From assembly GCA_002269645.1 (NCBI GenBank), contig NIVC01003883.1:7961-71960 (forward strand): a DNA stretch of 64,000 nucleotides. The letters are read 5' to 3'. The notes beneath the pieces are model-generated. The model searched no databases and had not been told where the DNA came from. It saw only the letters and a list, made by a program, of their open reading frames with translations. The stretch is from Macrostomum lignano. Its lineage: Eukaryota. Position 1 is the stretch's first letter; the number at the start of each line of letters is the position of its first letter. Below, in pieces: positions 63,727 through 64,000 of this stretch. A program made the position numbers and the translations under genes.

Positions 63727-64000
63727 CTGCAGGTCTCACACAGGTCTGCAGCTCTCACACAGGTAGGAGGGACTGCAGGTCTCACACAGTTCTGCAGGTC
63801 TCACACAGTTCTGCAGGTCTCACACAGTTCTGCAGGTCTCACACAGTTGTGCAGGTCTCACTCAGGTCTGCAGGTCTCACACAGGTCTGCAGGTCTCACT
63901 CAGGTCTGCAGGTCTCACACAGGTCTGCAGGTCTCACACAGGTCTGCAGGTCTCACTCAGGTCTGCAGGTCTCACACAGTTCTGCAGGTCTCACACAGTT
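63727..64000. repeat. 19-bp minisatellite CTGCAGGTCTCACACAG(G/T)T running off the window end
   Basis: Direct reading. Intronic to cassette 2. Confidence 0.95.

Overview
Eukaryotic (intron-containing) animal DNA. The flatworm-type glutamate-gated chloride channel (GluCl) exons, CsRn1-clade LTR element, GC-rich exons, short introns and abundant minisatellites suggest a flatworm such as Macrostomum (inference). In order: (1) a three-exon gene joining about 15 ankyrin repeats to a STE/MAP3K-like kinase, whose first intron is a 36-bp repeat that re-copies its own splice donor; (2) a 26-kb satellite of two alternating 20-bp monomers with higher-order structure; (3) a 57-bp minisatellite; (4) a minus-strand secreted protein with a PAN/apple-like domain plus an ALK/LTK-type glycine-rich domain, partly missed by the ORF track; (5) a tRNA-derived SINE-like insert; (6) a young CsRn1/Boudicca-type Ty3/gypsy element with identical LTRs, a -1 frameshift signal and one nonsense codon; (7) a decayed Penelope-like element; (8) a B-box + NZF gene, GLRX3 and a class II aldolase/adducin-head gene; (9) two tandem giant exons each encoding signal peptide + whole extracellular domain + M1-M2 of an anion-selective Cys-loop channel. 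Both giant exons end at the same phase-2 donor and I find no M3-M4 exon between them. The strongest candidate for an undescribed system is that these are alternative variable first exons spliced to shared constant exons beyond the window. Several 1-nt deletions in C/G runs look like long-read consensus errors.
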